Notes: a model not told the origin generated them from the letters alone. A DNA stretch of 64,000 bases from Bythopirellula sp. (GCA_965216565.1 OZ244170.1:2336001-2400000), one strand, 5' to 3'; counted from the stretch's first letter, positions 1 to 10,484 are shown. Translations and numbers: made by a program.

Positions 1-60
1 GGTCATGCGACGGTTGGTCGCCATTCGGCAGGTAGCCAGCAACTTGATTGAGATACCTTC

Positions 61-2151
61 GTGACCACCTCCAATAGACAGCTTTTTCCTCTATCGCTCC
101 TGCTGGCAATTGTCGCGAACCTGCTGGCGATAACCACAGGCTGCGACAAGCCACATGCCCAACCCGGCTACCAGGGTGGGTCGATCCTTGCCGAAAACCA
201 AAGCAAGACTTCCCGCGTATTGATCGATTCCATCGCTCGCACGCTCAATCATTTGCCTTCCGAGGTCGTCACCGACCTCATGCCGCCCAAGAATGTGCTC
301 GATGATTCAAAGAGTGCTGACGGACAAGAAATCTTAGCCGTCCTTGGCCCCACTCCCGGTGTACCCAATAGCCCGTTCAATTACCTCAGCGTGCCGGAGG
401 GCAATGGCAATTTCCGCACGCAACAGGTCCAACCGGGCGACATCGTGCGCTATTTTGTCAAATACAATCAAGACGATCTGGAGCACGGGTACGAGAACGT
501 CACTTACTTGGAATTGATCGTTCGCCGACTCGACGTAAACAACCCTCAGAACGCTTTGATCCTTGAAGTGGGTTTGAATGGTCCTGTGGAGATTCCCCAC
601 CGTGTGGAGGTCTGGAGGTTTTCTGATCGTCGGATGCGTGAGATCCGGACCCGATTGAATCGGTATCTAGAAAAGCCAGACACCATGATCGGTTGGGAAC
701 CTAGCCCTGATGAATCAGCTTTGGTGCAGCTGACAGACCGTCTCAACCAGTGGTGGCGTAACCTACCTGCCGATACAGGAGATTGGAGTGCTTCTCCGCT
801 GCTGGCCTCACTCCCCTCGGAGCTGATGAAAGAGGCAAAAGTCTCTCAATACTGGCAACCCGAGTCTTTGGCTGATGATGGATTCGAACTTTGGGAAACG
901 AGGCTGCTACAGCAAGCCATTTGGCTGCGCGACATCTCAACCTGGGCTAAGAAGAACGCACTGACTGATCTCGAAGTGGCCCGCGCGCTTTTCGATTGGA
1001 CCATCCGCAATATCCAGTTGGATGGCCCCGACGAAGAGGCCATCGTCCACCATCCCTGGCAGGCCCTGATGTACGGACATGGCACCGCTGAGGATCGAGC
1101 GTGGGTGTTTGCCGAACTATGCCGTCACCAACAGTTGGATGTCGTCATGTTAGCGGTCGAGGACAATGGGAAGCCGCAGTGGTGGCTACCAGCTTTGCTC
1201 AGCGAAGGCCAACTCTATCTATTCGATACCCGTTTAGGATTGCCAATTCCAGGAGACTCCGCTGGGGAGATCGCCACGCTTGACGAGGTATTGGCTAATC
1301 CTGAAACTCTCGATCGCCTCTCAATAGAAGGGAAAGAGAGTTACCCCTTCTCTTCCGAAGCATTCCAGGGTGAGGACTCACCTGAAATTACAGCTTGGCT
1401 CGTTGGCTCACATCTGCAACTATCCCAGCGAGCCGCGGTCCTTCAGCAAGAACTGGAAGGTGAAGATTTTGTCACACTCACCGCCGACCTTGAAACGCAA
1501 TCTGACACGCTCGATGACATCGAAGCGATCGATCAAGTGCAACTCTGGGCCTATCCACTCCAGTCTCTGATGGAAGAACAAGGGATGTCCAGGTTGGCCC
1601 GCCTGAAGGCGGCTCAGCGGTTCTTGATATTTGCCCAACGTCCCAAATTGTGGGAGGCTCGTGTGTTGCATTTTCAGGGCACAAAAGATATCCCGCTTGG
1701 AGAACGCAACGATCCACTCGCTCAGGCCGACAGGGGACACCGACGTGCGACTGGACTCTACCAGGATCGTGGCATTCGACCCTCCGATCGAATCCTGGAA
1801 AAACTCGATCCCACTAAGCAGGCGATCTACCGCATATCTAAGCAGGACGCCAGCTATTGGCTCGGACTGCTAAAGGCAGACGAGGGGAATCCATCCGTGG
1901 CCCGACATTGGCTCGAAGAGCAGACGCTAAAAGCCAATCCTGATGGGCGTTGGTCCACTGGCGCTAGATACAATCTGGCACGCGTTTACGAAGAGCTTGG
2001 CGAATTGCAAAAAGCCATCGAACTTCTCGAGGCTGACAAGTCTCCTCAGCGATTGGGAAATCTTCTACGTGCTCAGCAGCTGAAAGAGCAACTCAATAAG
2101 CAGGACGGCTCCTCAGAACAGGCGAGTGAGGAGGAATCGGCCGGGGACTGA
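61..2151 (+). CDS. Putative lipoprotein with transglutaminase-like core and C-terminal TPR
   Basis: 696-aa ORF. Hydrophobic N-terminus ending AITTG-C (lipobox-like). TGL-like segment LFDWTIRNI...GHGTAEDRAWVFAELCR. TPR-like helix ARYNLARVYEELGELQKAIELLE. Confidence 0.7.
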   Translation: MTTSNRQLFPLSLLLAIVANLLAITTGCDKPHAQPGYQGGSILAENQSKTSRVLIDSIARTLNHLPSEVVTDLMPPKNVLDDSKSADGQEILAVLGPTPGVPNSPFNYLSVPEGNGNFRTQQVQPGDIVRYFVKYNQDDLEHGYENVTYLELIVRRLDVNNPQNALILEVGLNGPVEIPHRVEVWRFSDRRMREIRTRLNRYLEKPDTMIGWEPSPDESALVQLTDRLNQWWRNLPADTGDWSASPLLASLPSELMKEAKVSQYWQPESLADDGFELWETRLLQQAIWLRDISTWAKKNALTDLEVARALFDWTIRNIQLDGPDEEAIVHHPWQALMYGHGTAEDRAWVFAELCRHQQLDVVMLAVEDNGKPQWWLPALLSEGQLYLFDTRLGLPIPGDSAGEIATLDEVLANPETLDRLSIEGKESYPFSSEAFQGEDSPEITAWLVGSHLQLSQRAAVLQQELEGEDFVTLTADLETQSDTLDDIEAIDQVQLWAYPLQSLMEEQGMSRLARLKAAQRFLIFAQRPKLWEARVLHFQGTKDIPLGERNDPLAQADRGHRRATGLYQDRGIRPSDRILEKLDPTKQAIYRISKQDASYWLGLLKADEGNPSVARHWLEEQTLKANPDGRWSTGARYNLARVYEELGELQKAIELLEADKSPQRLGNLLRAQQLKEQLNKQDGSSEQASEEESAGD

Positions 2152-3543
2152 TTACTCAACGAGGGAGGCGGGAGTCAACTTTAGTTCCACCTTACTTTTT
2201 TTGACAGTGCTCGCCAGCTTGCGATCTGCTTCAATGAAAAGCCACCCATTTTCGCAATGTAAGCTTGTGGGTGATAGTGGCTGAAAAAGACTGCTTGGAA
2301 TCGGCAGTTCCAACTCGCTCACGGCGATTCGCTCGGGTAGATCTCGCTTGAGCACATTCACCAGAATTCGGCGTAACGACAGATCGCGAAGACCGAGCTT
2401 AGGTCGTTTGCCCGCCTCGTCAGTGGGACGTTGGACTAGGGGTTGCCCGGCGAGAACTAACACTTGCTCATCTTGTTCAACCTCCGAACGATAGGCAAAC
2501 GAAATCTCCATTCCTCCATACGCCTGTCCGGCACGCTCAAAACCCTCGGCTGACAAGGTAACTGTGAGAGTTTCGTCTGCGAAAGAAACGACAAATGGGG
2601 AATGCTCTGCGAATTTGATTTTAAGGTCCGATTCGCTCCCTGCCGCGTCCTGATCGCCTGATACTACATTTTGTAACGTTGCACTTAGCGACTTGGACTT
2701 GCCGGCCAAAGGCTTCGAAGTGTAATTCACCGCATCTTGATGCACAGCTAAACGCAATTGCTTTCCTGCGTAAAACTTTTCCCTAGGCGTAGTAAAGCGA
2801 TTCTGCGGCGAGGGGGCAAAGCAGAGAGCTACTTGCACTGCCTTATTGTGGCTCACAACACTTGTTCGTATCGGATAGATATCGTTTTTCACTAACGGTG
2901 TGATCACTTCTCTCTGGTAGTCGCGATTCATCTTACTCACCGCCGATTGCAACTCGCGACGAAAAGAGTTGGAAACGTCGCGGAGCCCAATTCTCTCAGC
3001 AATCCGCCGATTCGAGCCACTTTGGTTTCTTACTTTCCGCAGCGCAATGCGACGTCGCAAACCTTTGAACGGCGTATAAATCGAAGTCGTTCTAGTTCTC
3101 AGTTTGCCAGAGGTAGAGACTTTTCCGGTTCGGAATCCAGAAAAGTCAAAGCGAACTTTCCCATTGGAATCGAAGTTCAATGTCCCGTGCTGACGGACAG
3201 TCACACGCTGCTGAGTGGCGCGCGTTCGCGAAAAACTTGTTCCTTGAAAGTCGACATCCCATAGAGCCGATTGATTGCTACTGATCAATTGCTGCTGGTA
3301 GTTGCCAGTGAGATTTCCAGATCCTCGCACGCGCGATCCGGCGATGCACTGCGAGACGGGAAAGCTCTGTTGCACATTATCCTCGCCAGATATACGGATC
3401 AGGTGACTAGGAATATGCAGCATGAAGTTCTCTTGCGTCTTTGGTCGTGAGAGAGGGACGACGGACGTAGAATCATCCGCACTTTCAATCGAAAGAGGCA
3501 ACAAGAGCAAAAGCTTGATACTGGAGACAAGGATAGCGTTCAT
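2152..3543 (-). CDS. Secreted hypothetical protein (planctomycete-type), last gene of the PKS/MMPL operon
   Basis: ATG at 3543 overlaps the MMPL stop (ATGA). Signal-peptide-like MNAILVSSIKLLLLLPLSIESA. Long ORF. Confidence 0.65.
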   Translation of the reverse strand: MNAILVSSIKLLLLLPLSIESADDSTSVVPLSRPKTQENFMLHIPSHLIRISGEDNVQQSFPVSQCIAGSRVRGSGNLTGNYQQQLISSNQSALWDVDFQGTSFSRTRATQQRVTVRQHGTLNFDSNGKVRFDFSGFRTGKVSTSGKLRTRTTSIYTPFKGLRRRIALRKVRNQSGSNRRIAERIGLRDVSNSFRRELQSAVSKMNRDYQREVITPLVKNDIYPIRTSVVSHNKAVQVALCFAPSPQNRFTTPREKFYAGKQLRLAVHQDAVNYTSKPLAGKSKSLSATLQNVVSGDQDAAGSESDLKIKFAEHSPFVVSFADETLTVTLSAEGFERAGQAYGGMEISFAYRSEVEQDEQVLVLAGQPLVQRPTDEAGKRPKLGLRDLSLRRILVNVLKRDLPERIAVSELELPIPSSLFQPLSPTSLHCENGWLFIEADRKLASTVKKSKVELKLTPASLVE

Positions 3544-6500
3544 GGTTGTGTCGTCGTTTGGGTACTGGAGTAAAACTTGAGGCCATCTTCGCTGAGATAA
3601 CCAATCGTGCAATCAAATGAATCGGAAATCGGCATCACCACCGAGAACAGCTGACTAGTCGGCGCGTCTCGATCTCCTTCGTCTACGGATGAATAGCCTT
3701 TAAATAAGGCCACAAACGGATTGGCCGTCGACCTCCGCTCGTTCTGTGATTCTCCCGAAGGTGAGCCTCGAACTACAATGACGCCAGGCTGCTCCTCGCT
3801 AGCTGAACTCGCATTCTCGATGCATTGCTTTACCTGCAGACTACCGGCTAGTGAGTTGCCCGCTGCTGTGTCCAATACCTGTCGCATGAGAGAAACGTCA
3901 TTGGTGTAAAACAAATAGTCATGGGCAACCATCATGACGAAATCTTCCCCACCCTCACTTTGCGGGGGAACGTGGTACATCGGAAACTCGACGCCGGGAA
4001 CTTCGATCGTCTGCTTTTGATCGTCTCCATCCATTAGCTTAAATACTACTTCAGCTGCCTTTTCGGGGGCAGCTGTTTCGACGGCGATTAGAAACCCCTG
4101 GGGGCGATCATCCGAAGGGACGCCGCGAATGATGTAAGCCCTGCTGAGGAAATCTGCGTAGAGATCCTCAACCATCTCCACCTCAATCCCTTGCTTGATA
4201 TCCGTGAGCAGATCACGGTAGGTGCCTGCGACGCCCTCCGCAAAACCATCGTCGAACACCGCATCGATATGATCAAATGCCCGGGGCAAGTCGAGAGAGA
4301 GGAGAGTTACGCTCTCTATTTGTTGTGGAACCCATGTTGCTAACTCGGTCGATTCCATAGGCTTTAAAAACTTCAGCATTTTCAGCGTCGATTTCCATTC
4401 ACCGCCTACCGTGCATTCGACTTCTGCAGAATGAGCCTTTAAACCCACAACAATAATAGTGCCCGCAAGTGCCTCGATGCTGGAAAGCCCATGGCGCTCT
4501 GCCTCTCGATAACGCTTACTCGCCCTGAGTTTCGGCTGCTGCTGGGCCAATATCCGATCTTTTAGCCAAGGGTCTACATACCAGGACAGACTTAGTTCGC
4601 CGCTATCTTTCGAGTCGAATTGCGTGAGTGCCTGCTGCCAGGAAAACGTGGCATGTTCCTGTTGTGGTTGTTCAATCTTATCAATCACACCCTGCTGTAT
4701 TTTCTTGTTGGTAGCCGCTAGGAACACTCCACCGTGAATGTACTGCTTGAGCGACTCTGCGCTATTCTCCTGAACTCGGACGACGACCAGTTGCTCTTCT
4801 TTCAGGTTGTGCAATATCTTGGCCCGAATCAGAGGCCCCTCGCTAACCTCGGCCAATGTCGGCGGAGAAATACCGAATAGCTTCTCGAAATCGCCCCATC
4901 TATCTTGCTGGTCGCCGGGGAACTCGGCCTGTTCCGCAACGGCCAGTGAGAAGTCGCTTACACAGGCCAACGACAAGACTTTCTCGGGCAAGATCCGAGC
5001 GAGAGCATCTCGTTGCTCGGCGAGTGTCTGAGCATAGGTTTCTGAGGCGACGAGGCTCCCGCCAATGATGAGTATTAGAACGATTCCCTTACGCAGTGCA
5101 CCCCGCGCCTCCGCCGACTGACTTGCCGAAGTCGCTCGGTTGTCAGCAGGAACGAACAGTCGGCCGAGGGGGCTGAGTAGAATCGCTGGCAATACGACTA
5201 AGTCGGCAACTAGTGCTAGAAACAGTAGCGTGAACATACACCAACCAAATCGTGATATCGGCGAGAAACCACTTCCCGCAAATACCAGGAGTCCCAATCC
5301 ACAGACTAAAGTTGTTTGGAGCATCGCGGCACCGCAACGTCGATAAGCACTACCCACAGCTTGTGGAATGGATTTGCCAGCCGAGAGAGCCCTTTGGAAC
5401 CAGGTGATGAAATGAAGCGAGTCGTCTACTGCAATCCCTAAGGCAGCACTCGCGGTGAGGACCGTGCCTACTTCGACCGACCATCCCAACCAGCCCATTA
5501 GACCAAATACAATCGCGCTGGGCAGTAGATTTGGGATCATGCACACCAGTCCGCACCACACACTACGGAACAGAAGCATTAGCGCTAATGAAACCAAAGA
5601 AAAGGCGAGTAGGAAACTATCGATCAGATCGTTCAGAAGCTCTTGCTGAACGTTGTAAATCAAAGGAATTCCGCCGCACACAAGTACCTGCTTGGGAACA
5701 ATCTTAGGACTATCAGCGAGAACGGCATCGACCACAGTTTCCGCCTCAGCAAGCAAGGCTCCGTAATTCACATCCTGCATCGAGGGTGCTCGCAGTGTGA
5801 TGCGCCAGTAGTTACTGGCATCCGTCAAACGCAAGTAGCCAAGATTACTCAACTCTTCCTGATTGCTCACCAATTGTCTCCTGAAAGCTGCCGCCCTCGC
5901 GAGTTGACGGAATCCGCCGCCGGGCGGAGGTGGATCTGGAGACAAAGTCGCTGAGCTGATTACGGCGTACCCTGGGTCGATTTCGGCGAGCTTTTCGTGT
6001 AATCGATGGACGACTCGAAATTGAGCCAGCAATTCATAGGCATCCCCAGTTGGCAATTCCAGTACAAGTTCCACTGGTACGAGAGGACCGATATTATTTT
6101 CTAACCATACGAAATCCTGGGACGATTGCATCTGGGGCGAAACTAATTCACGAAGTCCTACCGCCGTTTGAAGTCTTTTGACTCCCAGAGCCCCAACAAC
6201 TAATGTCGCGGCAACGACTAGCAAAAGCGGGACAGCTATCTTCGGGAGCCATTTGAGGGCAGACGTTTCGACTACTGCGTCTTTTGGTTCTTCGAGACCA
6301 CCTCCCAGCGACACCCTCCGCATTGGCCAGATCCGAAAGTGAGTCGGAACGAACACCATTACGACAGCCGTGCCTATGAGAATCGACAAGGCCGAAAAGA
6401 GCCCAAACCTCGATAGTGGCAACACATCGCTGATGCCTAATGACACCAACCCTAATGCTGTTGTCGCAGTTGCGACCAGTGTCGGACGCAACGCTACCCG

Positions 6501-7373
6501 CAGGGCCATCGCGGGGGCCTGGTCTGCGTCATACTCATCCACCGCGTCGCGGTAGTAATTGACAAGATGGACACCAACAGAGATCGTCAACACAAACGTT
6601 AAATTTGCCGTCAATAATAGAATAGAATCAAGATTCGATCCCAGATAGTGAATGAGAGCGAGACTTAGCTGCTCGTTGAACAACGCGAGCAAGAATACTA
6701 GCAAAGCCGCTCGCAAACTCTTTAAACAGACAACCAATATCGTCAGGCAAATTACATAAGAATAGAGATTTAGTTTTAGTAGCCCTTCTTGACTGGCGTT
6801 GTCGATGGCCACTCCTTCGATCGTTGGACCCGCCATACGCAGCGACTGGGGTTCAAGGCCTTCGACATTGTTCGCCGCGTTTCGCGCAAACGCCACGGCA
6901 CGGTGCCGATCAGCAGCTCCTGCGTATGACACCAAGGCGATGACGCAAGTGGTTGCATCGTCTGCGCTTACGATCCACCCTCCCATGCGATCCAACGCCT
7001 CGTCGCGGTCCATCTCTAGTGGCTCAGACTCGTAGAATTCTAAGATCTCGGGCCCTGTGATCGCATCGCGGTAAAAGACATCGCCAGCACTATTCGGACT
7101 TTGTAGAGCTTCGGCGTAAAGAGCAATTCTTGGATCATCAAGTGAGCAACCCTCCCAACTGATCATCAACAATTCGTCGCTACCAAAAAGCCCGACAAAC
7201 TCGGTGAGTTGCTCATCAATAGGCAACCAATCTTCCACGTTGTTGCTATTGCTCAGCCAAGATTGCCAAGCCGCATTTAGCGAGAAAGGCAAGAAAGCAA
7301 ACAAGGCCACAATCAACGCCCAGCGGTATGAGAGTAGGCGTTCGATGCGACCAACATGTTTATCTTGTGACAT
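3540..7373 (-). CDS. MMPL/RND-family lipid exporter with fused C-terminal extracytoplasmic domain
   Basis: Two repeats of TM, periplasmic loop and 5 TMs. Motifs GIAVDDSLHF and TTALGLVSL/TTLVCGLG. About 530 extra C-terminal residues. Confidence 0.85.
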   Translation of the reverse strand: MSQDKHVGRIERLLSYRWALIVALFAFLPFSLNAAWQSWLSNSNNVEDWLPIDEQLTEFVGLFGSDELLMISWEGCSLDDPRIALYAEALQSPNSAGDVFYRDAITGPEILEFYESEPLEMDRDEALDRMGGWIVSADDATTCVIALVSYAGAADRHRAVAFARNAANNVEGLEPQSLRMAGPTIEGVAIDNASQEGLLKLNLYSYVICLTILVVCLKSLRAALLVFLLALFNEQLSLALIHYLGSNLDSILLLTANLTFVLTISVGVHLVNYYRDAVDEYDADQAPAMALRVALRPTLVATATTALGLVSLGISDVLPLSRFGLFSALSILIGTAVVMVFVPTHFRIWPMRRVSLGGGLEEPKDAVVETSALKWLPKIAVPLLLVVAATLVVGALGVKRLQTAVGLRELVSPQMQSSQDFVWLENNIGPLVPVELVLELPTGDAYELLAQFRVVHRLHEKLAEIDPGYAVISSATLSPDPPPPGGGFRQLARAAAFRRQLVSNQEELSNLGYLRLTDASNYWRITLRAPSMQDVNYGALLAEAETVVDAVLADSPKIVPKQVLVCGGIPLIYNVQQELLNDLIDSFLLAFSLVSLALMLLFRSVWCGLVCMIPNLLPSAIVFGLMGWLGWSVEVGTVLTASAALGIAVDDSLHFITWFQRALSAGKSIPQAVGSAYRRCGAAMLQTTLVCGLGLLVFAGSGFSPISRFGWCMFTLLFLALVADLVVLPAILLSPLGRLFVPADNRATSASQSAEARGALRKGIVLILIIGGSLVASETYAQTLAEQRDALARILPEKVLSLACVSDFSLAVAEQAEFPGDQQDRWGDFEKLFGISPPTLAEVSEGPLIRAKILHNLKEEQLVVVRVQENSAESLKQYIHGGVFLAATNKKIQQGVIDKIEQPQQEHATFSWQQALTQFDSKDSGELSLSWYVDPWLKDRILAQQQPKLRASKRYREAERHGLSSIEALAGTIIVVGLKAHSAEVECTVGGEWKSTLKMLKFLKPMESTELATWVPQQIESVTLLSLDLPRAFDHIDAVFDDGFAEGVAGTYRDLLTDIKQGIEVEMVEDLYADFLSRAYIIRGVPSDDRPQGFLIAVETAAPEKAAEVVFKLMDGDDQKQTIEVPGVEFPMYHVPPQSEGGEDFVMMVAHDYLFYTNDVSLMRQVLDTAAGNSLAGSLQVKQCIENASSASEEQPGVIVVRGSPSGESQNERRSTANPFVALFKGYSSVDEGDRDAPTSQLFSVVMPISDSFDCTIGYLSEDGLKFYSSTQTTTQP

Positions 7374-7375
7374 GC

Positions 7376-8833
7376 TCAGCGACCTGCCTGATCATTAAAA
7401 CTATCGGTCGATCGCTGGGATGTGCCCCTCTCAGTTTTCAGCACCTGTTGCACATACTTTGCAAGAAATACCCGAACGTCGGATTCTGAGATCACTTGGC
7501 TATCGTACTGAGCACAAAAGTTGAGTTTGCCTGCACATCCTGTTATTGCCAGTGCCAGAGAAGTTCCTGGGCGAACTGGGGGGGCTGCGGTCAGGTTGGT
7601 GAGTGTTAAGTTGCCCACCACTACCTGGCCATTTTTTCGAGGGAGCTTGGCTGACATGCGGCGTGTGACTTCTCCCAAATTGGAAAGCACCGCGGACACA
7701 AGGCGTCGCCTGCGTCGCGTGACAAAACTCAACATGCCGGGGAAACGATCGACAAATGCCACCGCAGCGGAAAACATCGTGCCCATGGCCCACCGCTGTA
7801 CAAAATTGACTTCCTCGACGATTCCTTTCAGTAGATCTCCTGAATTCTTGCACTCACTCCGATGGCGCGTAAGGAATGTGTAACCCAGAATATTCGTGGC
7901 CGGCGTAGCGCGGTCTTGCCTGGAACGCAGACTTGTAGGTATGGCAAGACGTAACCATGGGCCGCTCCGAGCAGATTGCCCCTCTGTCCACTCGCCCATG
8001 ATCTGAAACAAGTCGCGAATCAGCACATCGTTGAGCGTTGCGCCACTTTGTGACGCCAGCTTTCTAACCGGGGCTAGATCCTGATCGTCGACAGTCACTA
8101 CGACATAGTCTCTCTGAACATCCGCTGAGGGCTTCAGGCCATTTCGGGCAGTTATTAGTGCAGGTTGGCGCGAGAACATTTTCCAAGCTTCGCCGATCAT
8201 GCTTTTGACGACAGTCCAAGCTGAGACTGGATGAGGAATCGAAACCTGATAGACGCCCCGATTGCGAAGACGCGACGGGTCGAGTTCCACCAATTCTGGT
8301 TGCCTTTCGCTCACACTCTTCTCAGCTGCGTAAGCCGCCATTGCATCGCCTACGATTTGCAGCAGCCCCAGGCCATCCGTCACAGCATGGTGCGTGGAGA
8401 AGACTAAATAAGGACTCTCACCCGTGGAGAAACCATCGATTCGAAAGCAGGACTCGGCAGATGGATCAACTCTCTGACCGGCAAATGGTAAACGCGAGGG
8501 AGGTACATCATGCCATGTCACTGGCTGCTGCGGTAGCGAACCCAATACCCAGCAGTCCTGCGTTCCAATCTCCCGAACTTTTGAGCAAGTAAGCGGATGT
8601 CGGGCCAATGCAGACAGAATCGCAGATTCCATTGCTTCACGATCAAGCACTCCGTGGAGATCAACCACATAGGCATATGTCATTGGATAGTCGGGGCGAT
8701 CGTCTACCAACATATAGCGTTCGAAAGGCGTTAGCGGGAGAGGGAACACTGCTGCTGCTCGCTTCAGTTGCGCAGCATAACTCTGTTCGCTCCCTTTGCT
8801 CTTATCAGTTTCTCTGGATACGACTTGGCTCAT
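7376..8833 (-). CDS. Stand-alone condensation-domain/CoA-dependent acyltransferase (HHxxxDG; PapA5/alcohol acyltransferase-like)
   Basis: STHHAVTDGLG active-site motif, ARHPL, GATLND and LSNLG motifs. Start chosen at MSQVVS (8833). Confidence 0.8.
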   Translation of the reverse strand: MSQVVSRETDKSKGSEQSYAAQLKRAAAVFPLPLTPFERYMLVDDRPDYPMTYAYVVDLHGVLDREAMESAILSALARHPLTCSKVREIGTQDCWVLGSLPQQPVTWHDVPPSRLPFAGQRVDPSAESCFRIDGFSTGESPYLVFSTHHAVTDGLGLLQIVGDAMAAYAAEKSVSERQPELVELDPSRLRNRGVYQVSIPHPVSAWTVVKSMIGEAWKMFSRQPALITARNGLKPSADVQRDYVVVTVDDQDLAPVRKLASQSGATLNDVLIRDLFQIMGEWTEGQSARSGPWLRLAIPTSLRSRQDRATPATNILGYTFLTRHRSECKNSGDLLKGIVEEVNFVQRWAMGTMFSAAVAFVDRFPGMLSFVTRRRRRLVSAVLSNLGEVTRRMSAKLPRKNGQVVVGNLTLTNLTAAPPVRPGTSLALAITGCAGKLNFCAQYDSQVISESDVRVFLAKYVQQVLKTERGTSQRSTDSFNDQAGR

Positions 8834-8928
8834 TCTTAAAACGATCCCAGAGTTCCCGATCTCGTAGTTTCTCCGGCCCTGACAGCCTAGACACAACTCA
8901 CTGCCACATGCACATACTTTAGATTGAT

Positions 8929-9693
8929 TTAGACATGCACTGCTGCGCCACCATCGACGGTGAGTGTTTCGCCCTGCACAAGATCACTCAGTGGACTAGC
9001 CAGGTAGAGGACCGCATTGGCGACATCCTCGGCCTCTAGCAGTCGCTCGCCGGTCATGCTCTTATGCTCCCGCCCAGCAAACATTTGCTCAGCACCAGGG
9101 AGCCGTTTCGTCGAGTCTGTCGGCACAAGCCCCGCCCGGATTACGTTGAAATTGATATTCCGATCACCAAGTTCCAAAGCAAAGTGCCGCATCACCGATT
9201 CCAAGGCTGCCTTCGAACTGCCAATCGTCCCATACATGGGCAGTGCCATGAATGAACCATGGCTAGAGATGGCTACCACTTTGGCTCTCTGTTCGGAGGA
9301 TTCCAGCAAGGGCAATGCAGCCTGGACTAGATATATAACCGGCCGAACATTCGTGTTCATCGCTGCTTCAAAATTTCGTTCCGTCGTAGCAATTAGCGGA
9401 CGAAACCCTCCCGTGGCTGCGTTGCTGACAATAATGTCTAACGAGCCGAAAGCGAGTTTGATTTCGTTGATCATCTCGTCAACGTCTTCGCGCTCGCTCA
9501 CGTCGGCCCGAATGACCGCCACCGACCTACCCATGGCATGAATCTGTTCGCCGACTTCCATGGCAGCGTCTTTGGAGCTCACATAGTTTATAATCACATC
9601 AGCACCGGCATCGGCCAATGCAAGAGCGGTTGCTCGCCCAATGCCACGCGCGGAGCCAGTCACAAGTGCCACACGTCCTGTTAGATCGATCAT
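8929..9693 (-). CDS. fabL: FabL-like enoyl-ACP reductase (SDR)
   Basis: TGSARGIG, SNAATGGFRP, and catalytic YxxxxxxK (YGTIGSSK) as in FabL-type ENRs. ATGA overlap with the PPTase. Confidence 0.75.
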   Translation of the reverse strand: MIDLTGRVALVTGSARGIGRATALALADAGADVIINYVSSKDAAMEVGEQIHAMGRSVAVIRADVSEREDVDEMINEIKLAFGSLDIIVSNAATGGFRPLIATTERNFEAAMNTNVRPVIYLVQAALPLLESSEQRAKVVAISSHGSFMALPMYGTIGSSKAALESVMRHFALELGDRNINFNVIRAGLVPTDSTKRLPGAEQMFAGREHKSMTGERLLEAEDVANAVLYLASPLSDLVQGETLTVDGGAAVHV

Positions 9694-10484
9694 TGCAGAA
9701 TTGCCTCGCGTCGCAGGTGTTTATGAACAGCAGAGTTGTTCTTTGAGTTGAATGCTAAGTTGCTTAACTCCCCATCGGTACTAGGCTCCACCAAGAGGAG
9801 CAGCTCTCGATCGAAGTGTTCCCAGTGGATGATTCCTAGCCCGTCGATGGGCATGCGATTGTTTACGCCGAAGTTCATGCCGGTCGAGTGACTGGCAATA
9901 CTCCCAGCAATTTGCTGCATGTGTTCCAAGCGAAACCAACGGCTTGTGTCCAACTTCCTAGGTTGAAAACGTGCGTTGTTTCCAATTGACTTATAAATAG
10001 CTTCTTTCAATGCCCACACAATGGCCGGGATGACCCCATCACCCGAGCTTGCATCGCACCAAGCAGCCTCGCGTGGCGTTAGCCACATACGTTCGATTCG
10101 CGTGCAATCAGATTCAAGATTGACGATGTCGAGGCCCAAGCTCGTACTCAGATCCAGCGATATTGCGGCCGCACAGATGTAATCTCCGTGCGAGATTGTA
10201 AGCTTCCACGGCTGGAGCCGGCCCTGAATAAGGATCCGTGGCGCGATACCTTGCCGGAGACCGTTGCGTGATTCGATGTGGATATCGCTAAGCCCCATCC
10301 TCTGGCAATTTGGCAATTTCTGTAGCAGTTGTTTAGCACACCAACGCCCCCCCAGCCAGGCAAGAGTAGATCGGTTCGAAGGTAGATCGACGTAGTGGGT
10401 CCACTCAGCGTTAGACAGCCAAGACTCAGCGGGGCATTCTTCCGCAAGCTGGTTCAATTCAATAGCATGAGTGAGGACGTGCAT
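9690..10484 (-). CDS. Sfp-type 4'-phosphopantetheinyl transferase
   Basis: ISHG, LGLDIV and WALKEAIYKS motifs. ATG overlaps the PKS stop (TGATG). Confidence 0.85.
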   Translation of the reverse strand: MHVLTHAIELNQLAEECPAESWLSNAEWTHYVDLPSNRSTLAWLGGRWCAKQLLQKLPNCQRMGLSDIHIESRNGLRQGIAPRILIQGRLQPWKLTISHGDYICAAAISLDLSTSLGLDIVNLESDCTRIERMWLTPREAAWCDASSGDGVIPAIVWALKEAIYKSIGNNARFQPRKLDTSRWFRLEHMQQIAGSIASHSTGMNFGVNNRMPIDGLGIIHWEHFDRELLLLVEPSTDGELSNLAFNSKNNSAVHKHLRREAILQ

